Below are positions 46,590 through 56,878 of a DNA stretch of 64,000 bases, one piece after another. Both the position numbers and the translations under genes were made by a program. The DNA comes from an uncultured Clostridia bacterium (lineage in GTDB: Bacteria > Bacillota > Limnochordia > DTU080 > RSA5), in NCBI GenBank assembly GCA_964424335.1, contig CAYRIY010000006.1:36-64035 (forward strand), given 5' to 3'. Under the pieces are notes generated by a model. The model was not told the DNA's origin. It saw only the letters and a program-made list of their open reading frames with translations, and searched no databases. Numbering within the stretch: the stretch's first letter is position 1; every line of letters starts with the position of its first letter.

Positions 46590-46866
46590 ACGTTGGGGAT
46601 GCGTCTTTAGAGAGCCGGTGGGTGGTGCAAACCGGCGTCGCAAACCAGCAGAAGTCACCCTGGAGCCGCCGGCTGAAGATTGGCAAAGTAGGCTTAGGAC
46701 GGTCTTGCGCCCGTTACAGCGCACTCCGATTGATCGCCGCGAATGCACGTGAGCGTGCGTCGGAGTATGAGGTCGCTCTCGCAAGTGAGCGACAAAGTCG
46801 GGTGGTACCGCGACAGGCTGATTGGCCTCTCGTCCCTACAGGGATCGAGAGGCTTTTTTGTTATTC
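46590..46866 (+). ncRNA. T-box riboswitch leader with intrinsic terminator, upstream of ilvB
   Basis: T-box sequence AAGTCGGGTGGTACCGCG at 46794-46811, immediately followed by terminator CCTCTCG-tccctacagggat-CGAGAGG-CTTTTTTG at 46826-46860. Upstream AGAGAG and stem elements. Possible specifier context AGAA-GUC-A. The ORF-track ORF 46559..46921 corresponds to this leader. Confidence 0.75.
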
Positions 46867-46917
46867 TTTGGCGCGCTGCTTACAGTTACACCGGAAAAGA
46901 GGAGGCCCCGGCTTACG

Positions 46918-48672
46918 ATGAGAGCAACTGCAGCATCAGATCAACCAGATATCAGGGCGGACGTGCGACGCGGCACAAAAAGGGCTGCCGAGCGTTTTGT
47001 AGAGAGTTTGGTGCGCAACGGCGTCGACGTCGTCTTCGGTCACCCGGGCGGAGCCGTGCTTCCCCTTTATGACGCGCTGTATGGGCAGTCCATCAAGCAC
47101 ATACTCGTCCGGCACGAGCAGGCCGCCGCGCACATGGCCGACGGGTACGCAAGGGCCACCGGACGCGTCGGCGTTTGCCTTGCGACGTCTGGCCCTGGGG
47201 CGACCAATCTCGTCACCGGTCTTGCGACTGCGCACATGGACTCGATCCCGGTGGTCGCGATCACGGGAAACGTGCCGACTTCGCTCATCGGCACCGACGC
47301 CTTTCAAGAGGCGGACATCGTCGGCATCACCCGGCCGATCACCAAGCACAACTATTTGCTCCAGGACGCCCGGGATCTCCCTAGGGTGATCGACGAAGCG
47401 TTCCAAATCGCCGCTTCGGGGCGCCCGGGACCGGTGTTGATCGACATTCCCAAAGACGTCGGGCTCGCCGAGTTCTCAGACGGGTTTGGCGAGGAGCAGC
47501 CGCGATTTGCCGCGCGGCAACCCGAGGTGACGCGGCTTGCAGGCGGGACGCGCCGGCAGCTTCAGCGAGCCGCGGAAGCAATCAGTCAGGCGGAACGACC
47601 GGTTCTGTATATCGGAGGCGGCGTGATCATCGCAGGCGCTCACCAAGAGATACGCGCCCTAGCGGAGAAGGCCAACCTCCCCACCACGTTTACGCTGATG
47701 GGCATCGGAGCGTTTCCGGGCGATCACCCACTCTCCCTTGGCATGCTCGGCCTCCATGGGACCGCCTACGCCAATTACGCCATGTACGAAGCGGACCTGA
47801 TCATCGCTGTGGGCGCTCGGTTTGACGACCGCGTGACAGGCCGGCTCTCCGACTTTGCCAAGGGCGCCAAAGTGATTCACATCGATGTCGACCCGGCTGA
47901 GATCGGCAAGATCGTTCCGGTCGACATCCCGATCGTCGGAGACGCCAAGAGCGTGCTCACGCATCTCTTGCCGCTGGTGGAGGCCTCGCGAAGAGATGCT
48001 TGGCTCGAAAAGATTCAAGGATGGAAAGAGGCATATCGCCTGCGCTACCATGAACGGCCGGGCATTATCGCCCCCCAGCGCGTGATCGAAGAGCTCTACC
48101 GAGTGACCAAAGGCGAAGCGGTCATCACGGCTGACGTCGGGCAGCATCAGATGTGGCTTGCGCAGTTTTACCCCTTCCACAACCCCCGGTCGCACCTCTC
48201 CTCCGGAGGCCTGGGGACGATGGGCTTTGGCTTTCCCGCAGCCATCGGCGCGAAGCTTGCGCTCCCCGACCGAAGCGTCTGGAGCGTCAACGGTGACGGC
48301 GGCTTTCAAATGAACATTCAAGAGTTGGCCACATGCGCGGCCTACCGCATCCCCGTCAAGACGGCGATCCTCAACAACCGCTCTTTGGGCATGGTCCGCC
48401 AGATTCAAGAACTGAGTTACGACGGGCGTTACATGGCCGTCGACCTCGACTCCGTGGCAGATTTTGCAAAGATCGCCGAAGGGTTCGGCGTGGCCGGAAG
48501 AAGGGTCGAGGATCCGGCAGAGCTCCCTGCGGCAATCGAATGGGCAGAGCGAATGAATGGGCCGATCGTCCTTGACATCCTCATCGACGAAGAGGCCAAC
48601 GTGTTTCCGATGCTTCCCCCAGGCGCCGCGCTCAACGAAATGATCGGCGTCACGGGGATTCTCGAGCCGTAA
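46918..48672 (+). CDS. ilvB: acetolactate synthase large subunit
   Basis: TPP-enzyme motifs VFGHPGGAVLPLYDAL, HEQAAAHMADGYARATGRVGVCLATSGPGATNLVTGLATAHMDSIPVVAITG, GLGTMGFGFPAAIGAKLA. ATG at 46918 after an AAGAGGAGG RBS. Confidence 0.9.
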   Translation: MRATAASDQPDIRADVRRGTKRAAERFVESLVRNGVDVVFGHPGGAVLPLYDALYGQSIKHILVRHEQAAAHMADGYARATGRVGVCLATSGPGATNLVTGLATAHMDSIPVVAITGNVPTSLIGTDAFQEADIVGITRPITKHNYLLQDARDLPRVIDEAFQIAASGRPGPVLIDIPKDVGLAEFSDGFGEEQPRFAARQPEVTRLAGGTRRQLQRAAEAISQAERPVLYIGGGVIIAGAHQEIRALAEKANLPTTFTLMGIGAFPGDHPLSLGMLGLHGTAYANYAMYEADLIIAVGARFDDRVTGRLSDFAKGAKVIHIDVDPAEIGKIVPVDIPIVGDAKSVLTHLLPLVEASRRDAWLEKIQGWKEAYRLRYHERPGIIAPQRVIEELYRVTKGEAVITADVGQHQMWLAQFYPFHNPRSHLSSGGLGTMGFGFPAAIGAKLALPDRSVWSVNGDGGFQMNIQELATCAAYRIPVKTAILNNRSLGMVRQIQELSYDGRYMAVDLDSVADFAKIAEGFGVAGRRVEDPAELPAAIEWAERMNGPIVLDILIDEEANVFPMLPPGAALNEMIGVTGILEP

Positions 48673-48984
48673 CGCCCACGATTTTTAGAGCCGACGCAAA
48701 AAGGCTCTAAGGTCCTCGAGTTTGGGGAAAAACGTGCGAGCCCGCCGGGACGGGAAGGCACGTTTTTCCCCGTCAAGGCGGCGTATCGCCCCAGCTACAT
48801 CCCCCTGACCCATGCCATAACGGCCTTTCGGATTGCTCCCCATCGAGCGGCAGGATAATTCCAAATCAAACGGAATGTCTCAATTGGCAATTATCACTCC
48901 GTTGCCACACCCGCCCGCCACTTCCGCGCGAAATTGAGTGAAGGTTGCAATCGCTTTATTCTCTTTTGCAGAAAAAGGAGGGTT

Positions 48985-49782
48985 ACTATGCCGCGACCTA
49001 GTTTAGGTAAGGCTCAGACGCTTCACACCGTCGAAAGAGCGATCGCAGTGCTTAAAACGCTCGCTCAAAGCGACAGAGAGATGGGAGTCACAGAGATCGC
49101 GGCGGCGCTCGACGTCTACCCCAGCGTCGTCTCAAGGCTGCTTGCGACGCTCAGGAAACACAGTCTCGTCCGCCAAAATCCACAGACGCTAAAATACCAA
49201 TTGGGCACAGGAATCTTGGAATTCAGCGTTGCCGTCATGGACTCCATGGATTTGACCGCAATCAGCCGCCCGATGCTCGAAGAACTGAACCGCCTTACGA
49301 GTGAGACTGTCTTTCTCATGGTGATCGATGGCACCTACGGCGTCTACCTGCAGCGCATCGATAGCCCACACGGGGTCGGCATCCGCTCCCGCGTCGGCGG
49401 GCGTGAGCCCCTCCATGCAAGCTCGGTCGGGAAAGCGCTCCTTGCCCATCTTTCGGACGCGGAGGTCGATCGGATTTTGTCCGAGCGAGGACTGCCCGAG
49501 CGGACGCCCAACACGATTACCGATCCCGACGTGTTTCGCAAACACCTTGCCGAAATTCGCCGAAACGGGTACGCCATCGACGACGAAGAGGGTGAGATCG
49601 GCGTGCGCTGCATCGGCGCCCCAGTATTCAACCACCTAGGACAGCCGGTCGCCGCCGTCAGCATCTCAGGACCGGCATTTCGCACCCCTGTCGAGAAATT
49701 GGTCGGCTGGAGCCAGATCTTGCTCGACCATGTGGCGGAGATTTCGCAAAGGCTAGGCTACCAGCAGCGGGTTCGCGCCTAA
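48985..49782 (+). CDS. IclR-family transcriptional regulator
   Basis: HTH region MGVTEIAAALDVYPSVVSRLLATLRKHSLV plus a C-terminal IclR effector domain. Confidence 0.8.
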   Translation, partial: TMPRPSLGKAQTLHTVERAIAVLKTLAQSDREMGVTEIAAALDVYPSVVSRLLATLRKHSLVRQNPQTLKYQLGTGILEFSVAVMDSMDLTAISRPMLEELNRLTSETVFLMVIDGTYGVYLQRIDSPHGVGIRSRVGGREPLHASSVGKALLAHLSDAEVDRILSERGLPERTPNTITDPDVFRKHLAEIRRNGYAIDDEEGEIGVRCIGAPVFNHLGQPVAAVSISGPAFRTPVEKLVGWSQILLDHVAEISQRLGYQQRVRA

Positions 49783-50954
49783 CCGTGCCGGAGCCAGCGC
49801 CAGATCTCCCTTGGCGTGGCCGACTTACCGTACATGAGCATCCCGACTCGAAACAGACGGGCAGCGAGCAAAACGACGACGCCCGTGGAGGCAAACAGGA
49901 CCAAGCCGGCCGCGATCATTTCCCATAGGGGCAACTCGTTCATTGCCGAGCGCAGCATGATCAAAAACGGACTGCTCATGGGGATGAACGTGCCGATGCG
50001 GGAGGCCACGCCTTCCGGGTTGTTGATCACCGGGGCGATGAAAAGCGCGGCGGTAAACGGCAGCATAAAGACCATGCCTTGCGCGTTGCCCGCGCTCTGG
50101 ATATCCTCCATCGTCGCCCCGGCGCCGACGAACAACGCCGAGAAGAACAAGTAGCCCGCAATGAAGAATACCACCGCGATCGGCAAAAGCTCCCATGCGA
50201 CCCATTCGAAGATCGGAAAGTCTAGGAGGAGCATCGCAATGGGCAAGCCGATCGCGAGCCATACGAGGATTTGGACGATGCCCAAGATCAAATGGCCCAC
50301 AATCTTACCTGCCATCAGCGTCTTCGCGTCGATCGAGGACAACACGACTTCGCTCATGCGGTCCCGCTTCTCCTGAAGCGCGCTTTGCAGCAGCATCGCA
50401 CCCGAGCTCATGATCAAGATGGCGAGCATGACCGCAATGGCGCCCATCGTCACCATCCGCGCCGGATCAAATCCAAATGCGCCGTCGTTCTCCCCTTCTA
50501 CCAGCGGCCTTTGCGTCACATCGGCCCGTGCGGTCACAAACATCACGTCTGCCGGATCGAGGCCCGAAGTCTCGATGCGGACATGCTGCAAGAGTTGCGT
50601 GAGGGCTGCCCTGAGTTCACTGGGCACGGAAGACTTGGCCGTCTCGACATAGATGATCGCCTCACCGCCTTGAACGAACGCTTCATCGAGAACCAAGAAT
50701 CCCGCAATGGCGCCGCTTTGCACGCGCTCAGACGCCGACTGGTAGTCGGTCTCGAGTTGGACGGCCACACGATCCGACGAAGCGACCGACTCCTCGAGGG
50801 CCGCAAAGGCGCCGATCTGGTCGACGACGCCGTAATGCTCGATCGACGGCCTGTCAAGTTGCGCGAGGATCTGCGGCGCAGCCGAGAAAATGAGAAAGAT
50901 GAGCGGCGTGATCATCATTCCGATAAGGAACTGCTTGTTGCGCAGATTGCGCAT
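49779..50954 (-). CDS. ABC-2 family transporter permease
   Basis: Six or more TM helices, ABC-2 type. Lies immediately downstream of the ATP-binding gene. The ORF-track N-terminus (to 51188) is considered an over-extension. Confidence 0.65.
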   Translation of the reverse strand: MRNLRNKQFLIGMMITPLIFLIFSAAPQILAQLDRPSIEHYGVVDQIGAFAALEESVASSDRVAVQLETDYQSASERVQSGAIAGFLVLDEAFVQGGEAIIYVETAKSSVPSELRAALTQLLQHVRIETSGLDPADVMFVTARADVTQRPLVEGENDGAFGFDPARMVTMGAIAVMLAILIMSSGAMLLQSALQEKRDRMSEVVLSSIDAKTLMAGKIVGHLILGIVQILVWLAIGLPIAMLLLDFPIFEWVAWELLPIAVVFFIAGYLFFSALFVGAGATMEDIQSAGNAQGMVFMLPFTAALFIAPVINNPEGVASRIGTFIPMSSPFLIMLRSAMNELPLWEMIAAGLVLFASTGVVVLLAARLFRVGMLMYGKSATPREIWRWLRHG

Positions 50955-50986
50955 CACTTCCCACCGGATCACATTGCTTAGTCCAC

Positions 50987-51904
50987 TCACGCAGCCGTCT
51001 CCCCTTTCGCGACGCGCAAGAAAATGTCGTGGAGGGAGATCCGTGACACGGAGATCTCGTCGATCGGCGCGCCTTCGGGCAGCGACCTGAGGTACTCGGC
51101 GGGCGCAGCGCCGCGGCGAAGCAAAAGCGTCCAGTGCGCGCCCTCGCGCGCCACGGATTCGATGAGGGGCGAATCCGGCAGCGTCCACTCGGATTGGGAA
51201 GTGCGAATCCTCACCCTATGCGCCCCGTATTCCGCCTTCACCTCGTCGAGCGTGCCGTAGACAACCCGGTTTCCCCGATGAATGAGAAAGATGCGCTCAC
51301 ACAACTCCTCGACGAGATTCATCTGGTGGCTTGAAAGGAGCACGGCGCAACCTCGATCGGCGAGGCGGAGGATCTCGGACTTAAAGAGCTCCTGGTTGAC
51401 AGGGTCAAGGCCGGAGAACGGCTCATCCAAGACCACGAGGTCGGGCTCATGGAGAACGGCGGAGATGAACTGCACCTTTTGAGCCATCCCTTTCGAGAGC
51501 TGCGAAACTTTGGCTCGGGCATAGTCCGCAAGGCCGAAGCGCTCGAGCCACTCGAGGGATCGCTTGTGCGCAACGCTTCGTGGGACGCCCTTGAGGGACG
51601 CAAGGAAGTGCAAGATGTCGATGATCCGAGACTCCTTGTATAGCCCCCGCTCCTCAGGAAGGTATCCCACGCGGGCCTTCGGAATTTCGCCGTCAGGCCC
51701 GCCAAGCCCGTGAAAGCGAATTTCGCCCTCGTCGGGCGCAGTTATTCCCATGATCATGCGAATGGTGGTGGTCTTTCCCGCCCCGTTCGGCCCCAAAAAC
51801 CCGAGGATCTCGCCCGGGCGCACGGAAAACGAAACACGATTTACGGGAACGACGTTCCCATACCTTTTTACCACGTTGTTCACAGTCAAAACGTCGCGAA
51901 TCAT
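50987..51904 (-). CDS. ABC transporter ATP-binding protein
   Basis: Walker A GPNGAGKTT, signature LSKGMAQK, Walker B LVVLDEP. Start re-called at MIRDVLTV (51904). Confidence 0.8.
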   Translation of the reverse strand: MIRDVLTVNNVVKRYGNVVPVNRVSFSVRPGEILGFLGPNGAGKTTTIRMIMGITAPDEGEIRFHGLGGPDGEIPKARVGYLPEERGLYKESRIIDILHFLASLKGVPRSVAHKRSLEWLERFGLADYARAKVSQLSKGMAQKVQFISAVLHEPDLVVLDEPFSGLDPVNQELFKSEILRLADRGCAVLLSSHQMNLVEELCERIFLIHRGNRVVYGTLDEVKAEYGAHRVRIRTSQSEWTLPDSPLIESVAREGAHWTLLLRRGAAPAEYLRSLPEGAPIDEISVSRISLHDIFLRVAKGETAA

Positions 51905-51908
51905 ATAT

Positions 51909-52541
51909 TCAACGTTCCCTTTTTCCCGCCCCGTTCCTGCGATCAAAAGAACCCACGCCCACCGCTTCTTTGACGATGCCGATGATCCGCTCCAAGACGA
52001 TGAGCGGCGGTTGGTCCGCGTCGACCGTGGCCGGAGCGCGGTCTTTGTAATGGGCAAGCAGCTCGCCTGCTTCATCTTCGTACACTTGCAGGCGCTGCCT
52101 GATGACATCTTCTCTTGCGTCATCAAAGCGATTTGACCGCAATGCCCGCCGCCGGATTCGCTCGATCAAGTCGTCTCGCCTTTCGACATCCAGCACGATG
52201 ACCTTGAGGACGTCCACGTACTCGTCGAGCATTCGAGCCTGTCGGGCGCTTCTGGGGATGCCGTCGAGGATGAGCACGTCGTCCGCAGGGTTCCACTCGC
52301 CGACGGAAGCGAGATCGTGGAGGCGCTTGTGCCAGAGGCGCACCGTGTACTCGTCGGGGACGAGTTCGCCCCGGGACGAGTATTCGGTGAAGACCCGCCC
52401 AAGTTCGCTGCCGGAGTCGAGCGTCCGGAACACGTCGCCGCAAGCGCAGTGAAAAAAACCCGGAAGACTGCCGAGTACCTTTCCTTGCGTGCCTTTTCCC
52501 ACACCAGGCGGCCCGATCAGCAGTATGCTTGAGAACTTCAC
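51909..52541 (-). CDS. adenylate kinase-family nucleoside monophosphate kinase
   Basis: P-loop LLIGPPGVGKGTQ and the NMP-binding region. No zinc LID. Confidence 0.55.
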   Translation of the reverse strand: MKFSSILLIGPPGVGKGTQGKVLGSLPGFFHCACGDVFRTLDSGSELGRVFTEYSSRGELVPDEYTVRLWHKRLHDLASVGEWNPADDVLILDGIPRSARQARMLDEYVDVLKVIVLDVERRDDLIERIRRRALRSNRFDDAREDVIRQRLQVYEDEAGELLAHYKDRAPATVDADQPPLIVLERIIGIVKEAVGVGSFDRRNGAGKRER

Positions 52542-52678
52542 GGCAGCCCGACCTCCTTAGAGAATCCGTTTAACACGTGTCCCCATCAATTCGTTGGCGT
52601 GTGCCTTTATATCGTGCGATCTTTCCTGGACCCGTCGAAGGTTCGCCCGCGACCAGGCGATTCCTCCAACCGCTTGCC

Positions 52679-53605
52679 TCATTCGAGCGGCGCGCCGGCG
52701 CGTGCGTGCGCCTCCCGATAGCCGCTCGGAGTCATCCCCGTGCACGCTTGAAACGCCCTGCGAAAGGCCCGACTATCGCTGTAACCAAGCGTTGCCGCGA
52801 TGTGGTCGACCGTATCGTGGGTCGCGATGAGGCGAGCTGCCGCCCGCTGCACCCTCACCCTGCGGGTAAACTCGCGGACCGTCTGACCGGTCGCGGATCG
52901 AAACAGCTTGCTGAAATGACTCGGCGACCAGCCGCACGACTCCGCCAAGGCTTCAAGCGTAGGACCCTCGTCTTGAGATCCGTAGATGAGCTGGATCGCG
53001 GGCAGGAGTCGCTCCCAGGCGTGCGGCGATGCGTTCATCTCTTGGGCCATACAGTCGCACGCCCGCCAGATGATAGCAAGGAGCGCGGTCAACAATCCTG
53101 AGACGACGGATCGGTATCCGGACGCCTTGCTCTGACACTCGACGAGGAGCGCTTCGATAAGTTGATCGACTGAGGATGCGAGCGCAGGCGATGCGCTCAT
53201 CGACACGCACGGTGGGCGCGTCAAGGCATGGGAGCGGAGAAAGACGCCCATCACTTGAGCGACTTCGGGAAACGGCAAGACGTGTTCGAGGGCCTGCGCG
53301 GTAAACATTACGTTGCGGACGACAAACCCTTCGGCCGATTCGGGCACATACCCGTGCGGAACAGACGGATTGATGAGGAGGAGATCGCCCGGTCCGACCC
53401 GCTGGCGACTCGTGCCGTAAATATGCACTCCAGCGCCTTTCGTGACGAATGCAACTTCGAAAAACTCATGGACGTGCATGTTGATGCGATGTCGAACGTA
53501 CACCTCGTTCGCCGCGATGCGCTCGTCCGGACGAAAGTGATGGTCACGCCTCAAATGGCTGATAGATGCATCGCCGATGCGTTCCCCATCGGGATGGATC
53601 GCCAC
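52679..53605 (-). CDS. AraC-family transcriptional regulator (cupin N-domain plus HTH)
   Basis: C-terminal AraC HTH (SHFSKLFRSATGQTVREFTRRVRVQRAAARL...IAATLGYSDSRAFRRAFQACTGMTPSGYR). Confidence 0.8.
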   Translation of the reverse strand: MAIHPDGERIGDASISHLRRDHHFRPDERIAANEVYVRHRINMHVHEFFEVAFVTKGAGVHIYGTSRQRVGPGDLLLINPSVPHGYVPESAEGFVVRNVMFTAQALEHVLPFPEVAQVMGVFLRSHALTRPPCVSMSASPALASSVDQLIEALLVECQSKASGYRSVVSGLLTALLAIIWRACDCMAQEMNASPHAWERLLPAIQLIYGSQDEGPTLEALAESCGWSPSHFSKLFRSATGQTVREFTRRVRVQRAAARLIATHDTVDHIAATLGYSDSRAFRRAFQACTGMTPSGYREAHARAGAPLE

Positions 53606-53832
53606 AAGCGCTCCCCTCCGGCCAACGTATTAGCATCAGGCTTCGGCCTTGGTGGACGGTCCCCTCTTTGCTCGTCGCTGTCATAAGGTGGGCATTCATA
53701 CTCATTGCGTTGCGCTCGCGCCGTGAGTGGTCGTTGACACTTAACACCAAAGAGGGCACAATAGTCATAAGTTTCACACGTCACCGTAAGCGCTTACGGT
53801 GACGACTATTTACTCACATTCAGAGAGGGCGA

Positions 53833-55122
53833 TTGGATTTGAGAGGCGTAAGGTTGCTCGCATTGGCATTGGCGTGTGTATGCGGTTCGGCAGTTGTTCC
53901 AAATCACGTAGTCGGACAAGTGGTGATCACGGTTTGGTCGCACGATGCGACATTGACTGCCGACGCGGGCCTTCCGGTCGTCTTGAATGAAGTGATTCCT
54001 GCGTTTGAGCGTCTCCACCCGGACATCAAGATCGAGTGGGAACACCTCGGTCGGGAAGACATGCGCGAGCGGATGGTCGTGGCCACGGCGGGTGGCGCCG
54101 GTCCCGACATCATCATTGACGGCAACAACTTGCTGGGATCAAGAGTCGCGACCGGATTGGCAACGCCGATCGATCATTACCTGGAGACGTGGGAGCTCCA
54201 TGACCAGGTTGTAACTCCTCATCTGGGGGTGTACCAAGGGAAGACCTACGGCATCCCGTTTGACACGAAGGCCGCTCCTTTGGCTTATCGCGTCGACTTC
54301 TTCGAGGAATCCGGGCTCGATTCATCTCGACCTCCTCAGACGTGGAGCGAATACTTGGACGCCGCCAAGAAGATTACGCGCATCAGCGGCGATCAAGTGA
54401 CGAGGGTTGGCGCCGAGGTTCCCGGGAGCCTTTCTTCTCACGTTCGTTTCTTTAATGTGCTGCTGCAGCAAAACGGTGGTCAACTGTTGGACGAAACATT
54501 AACGAAGGTGGATTTCAACAACGAGTTAGGAGCAGAGACGCTTCGATGGCTGCGTGATCTGGTGCAGAGCGTAACGCCAATTGGATACGAACTGCCGCAG
54601 CTCAGTTATCGAGCGGGTCACGTGGGGATGAGTTTCACTGAGGTATCCATTTCCCGTGTTCTGGCGCCGGTGCCCGATGTGGCTGAGGCAACGGCCGTCG
54701 CACTTCCGCTGATGAAGGGAGACGGACTCACCCGCCGGGTCGCGTCGGGCGGCGGAACTGGGATCTCCATTTCGGATCATTCAGCGCACAAGGACGAGGC
54801 GTGGACGTTCGTCTCATTCTTAATGAATATCGAGAACCAAATCGCGATTCATGCTGCCCAGGAGTCGCTGCCCACGCTGCGAGACGCGATTCTCCATCGA
54901 GCATTCTCGACTAACCACCTGGCAGTTGGCATGAGCGAGGCGGCGCCGTACATCCTTGAGTTTGAACGGGGAGAAAGCGTTCCGGAATATGATGACGTCC
55001 GCAACGCGATCGGAACGCAGTTTCGGTCGGCTTTCGCCGGTGAGATTTCGGTGGAAGAAGCCCTGATGCAAGCCGAACAAGCATGGGCGCCGGCGATCGC
55101 CAACCGTGTAAACGCTCAGTAA
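53833..55122 (+). CDS. ABC transporter extracellular solute-binding protein (sugar)
   Basis: Signal peptide plus an SBP_bac_1-like sequence. Confidence 0.8.
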   Translation: MDLRGVRLLALALACVCGSAVVPNHVVGQVVITVWSHDATLTADAGLPVVLNEVIPAFERLHPDIKIEWEHLGREDMRERMVVATAGGAGPDIIIDGNNLLGSRVATGLATPIDHYLETWELHDQVVTPHLGVYQGKTYGIPFDTKAAPLAYRVDFFEESGLDSSRPPQTWSEYLDAAKKITRISGDQVTRVGAEVPGSLSSHVRFFNVLLQQNGGQLLDETLTKVDFNNELGAETLRWLRDLVQSVTPIGYELPQLSYRAGHVGMSFTEVSISRVLAPVPDVAEATAVALPLMKGDGLTRRVASGGGTGISISDHSAHKDEAWTFVSFLMNIENQIAIHAAQESLPTLRDAILHRAFSTNHLAVGMSEAAPYILEFERGESVPEYDDVRNAIGTQFRSAFAGEISVEEALMQAEQAWAPAIANRVNAQ

Positions 55123-55401
55123 CAGTACGAGGAGGGCGGTTGCTTCGGCATATACCGCCCTCTTCCTCATAGCGTTTCCGCTTTCAGCGCCTCCAGAAAC
55201 CAACTTCTCCAGAAACCAACTTCTAAAGAATAGGATTTCCAGTCGGTTGGCTCGCGAGCAAAGAGGGCTCCGGGAAGATTGCGGCGAAGGAGTATCGCAT
55301 ACCGAGTTGTAACGTTTCAAGTCGCCACTTGCGTCGTTCGAGGAGCGTGCACATGCTTGCGCGCTCCATGGCGGCCGAAACGCGAAATGGAGCGATCTGC
55401 C

Positions 55402-56766
55402 ATGCCGAATTTCGTTCTTTTTATGTCCGACGAGCACAACCCCAAGATCTCTTCGGTCTACGGACATCCGTTCGTACGAACGCCGAATATGGAGCGGCTG
55501 GCGGCGATGGGCACGGTCTACCGGAACGCATACTGCCCGTCGCCGCTCTGCGTCCCATCGCGGTCCGCGCTCATGGCCGGGCGGCACGTACACGAGATTC
55601 GCGCCTTCAACAACTGTAAGGTCATTCCCGCCGATCACCCTTCGTATGGCGGAGTGATGGCCGAGCAAGGAGTGCATACGACGTGGGTCGGGAGCCACTC
55701 AAACCTTTACAAGGACCCATTTGAACTCGGTTTTAGCGAAATGCTCCTCGTCGAAAGACAACGCCTAAACCTCTCGACCGAATTTGACCGGCGCCCCTTA
55801 CCCAAACGGCGTCCGGGCGCGCTCAAACCCGAATACGGGCCTCGTGACGACGCTTGGGCCTCCTCCATCAGGCAGGTGGATCGCGCCGTCGAATGGCTGC
55901 TCGAGACCGCCCCGAAACTCGACGTTCCCTGGACCCTCACCGTGAACGTTCATCCGCCCCACCCTCCTTTGTGGGCGCTGCCCGAGTACTGGGCGATGTA
56001 CGACGGCCTTGCCGACCTGCCCCAACACGGGCCTGACGAGGCCTCGGCCAAGCATCCTTACGCCATGTCGCTCAGAGAGTACTACGCCACCGACGAGTGT
56101 TCGCCGGAGCAGGCGATGGGAATGAGACAAGGCTACTACGCCTCGGTCACGTACGTCGACCACGAGCTCGGCCGCGTTTTGGACGCTCTCGAACGAGCCG
56201 GATTGACCAAGGATACGGTCGTAGCCTACACGGCGGACCACGGAGAGATGCTCGGCAAGTTTGGGATGTGGTGGAAATCGAGCATGTACGAAGACTCGGT
56301 GCGCATTCCAATGATCGCGGCAGGCCCCGGATTTGAAAAGGGCGAGCAGGTCGAGACCCCGGTGAGCCTCCTCGACTTGCAGGCCTCGATCTTCCATGCG
56401 GTCGGAGCGAAGCGCCCATCCCACTGGCATGGCGAGCCGCTGCAGGAGATCCCAAATGAGGACCCGAGTCGAGTTGTGTTTTCTCAATATCACGGACACG
56501 GAGTGCCCTCGGGGGCGTTTATGGTTCGCCAAGGAGATTGGAAGCTCATCTACAACATGGCCGCGCCGCACCAGCTCTTCAACCTTCGAACCGATCCGGA
56601 GGAGCTCGAAAACTTGTGGGACCGTGAGCCCGAAATGGCCGACAACCTCGAAAAAGCGCTGCGTGAGATCTGCAATCCCGAAAAGGTAAATCAGGAGGCA
56701 CACGAGCACGAAGCGCGCCAGCTCGCAACCATCGAAGCGATTAAGGCTGCAAACGACGCCCGTTAA
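55402..56766 (+). CDS. sulfatase (formylglycine-dependent arylsulfatase family)
   Basis: MPNFVLFMSDEHN, then the C-x-P-x-R motif in YCPSPLCVPSRSALMAG, and GKFGMWWK. Start re-called at ATG 55402. Confidence 0.85.
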   Translation: MPNFVLFMSDEHNPKISSVYGHPFVRTPNMERLAAMGTVYRNAYCPSPLCVPSRSALMAGRHVHEIRAFNNCKVIPADHPSYGGVMAEQGVHTTWVGSHSNLYKDPFELGFSEMLLVERQRLNLSTEFDRRPLPKRRPGALKPEYGPRDDAWASSIRQVDRAVEWLLETAPKLDVPWTLTVNVHPPHPPLWALPEYWAMYDGLADLPQHGPDEASAKHPYAMSLREYYATDECSPEQAMGMRQGYYASVTYVDHELGRVLDALERAGLTKDTVVAYTADHGEMLGKFGMWWKSSMYEDSVRIPMIAAGPGFEKGEQVETPVSLLDLQASIFHAVGAKRPSHWHGEPLQEIPNEDPSRVVFSQYHGHGVPSGAFMVRQGDWKLIYNMAAPHQLFNLRTDPEELENLWDREPEMADNLEKALREICNPEKVNQEAHEHEARQLATIEAIKAANDAR

Positions 56767-56878
56767 GGTTTAACCACCTCATCCAACATCGACGCAAAAG
56801 TGGCCGTCTCAACCTTTTTACGGTGGACGGCCTCTTTCGCACTACTCTTTCGCACTATTTGTAGGAAGGCTCTTCGAA

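Noticed and set aside
46559-46921. 120-aa plus-strand ORF upstream of ilvB
   Set aside because: Coincides with the T-box leader and its terminator. Interpreted as RNA, not protein.
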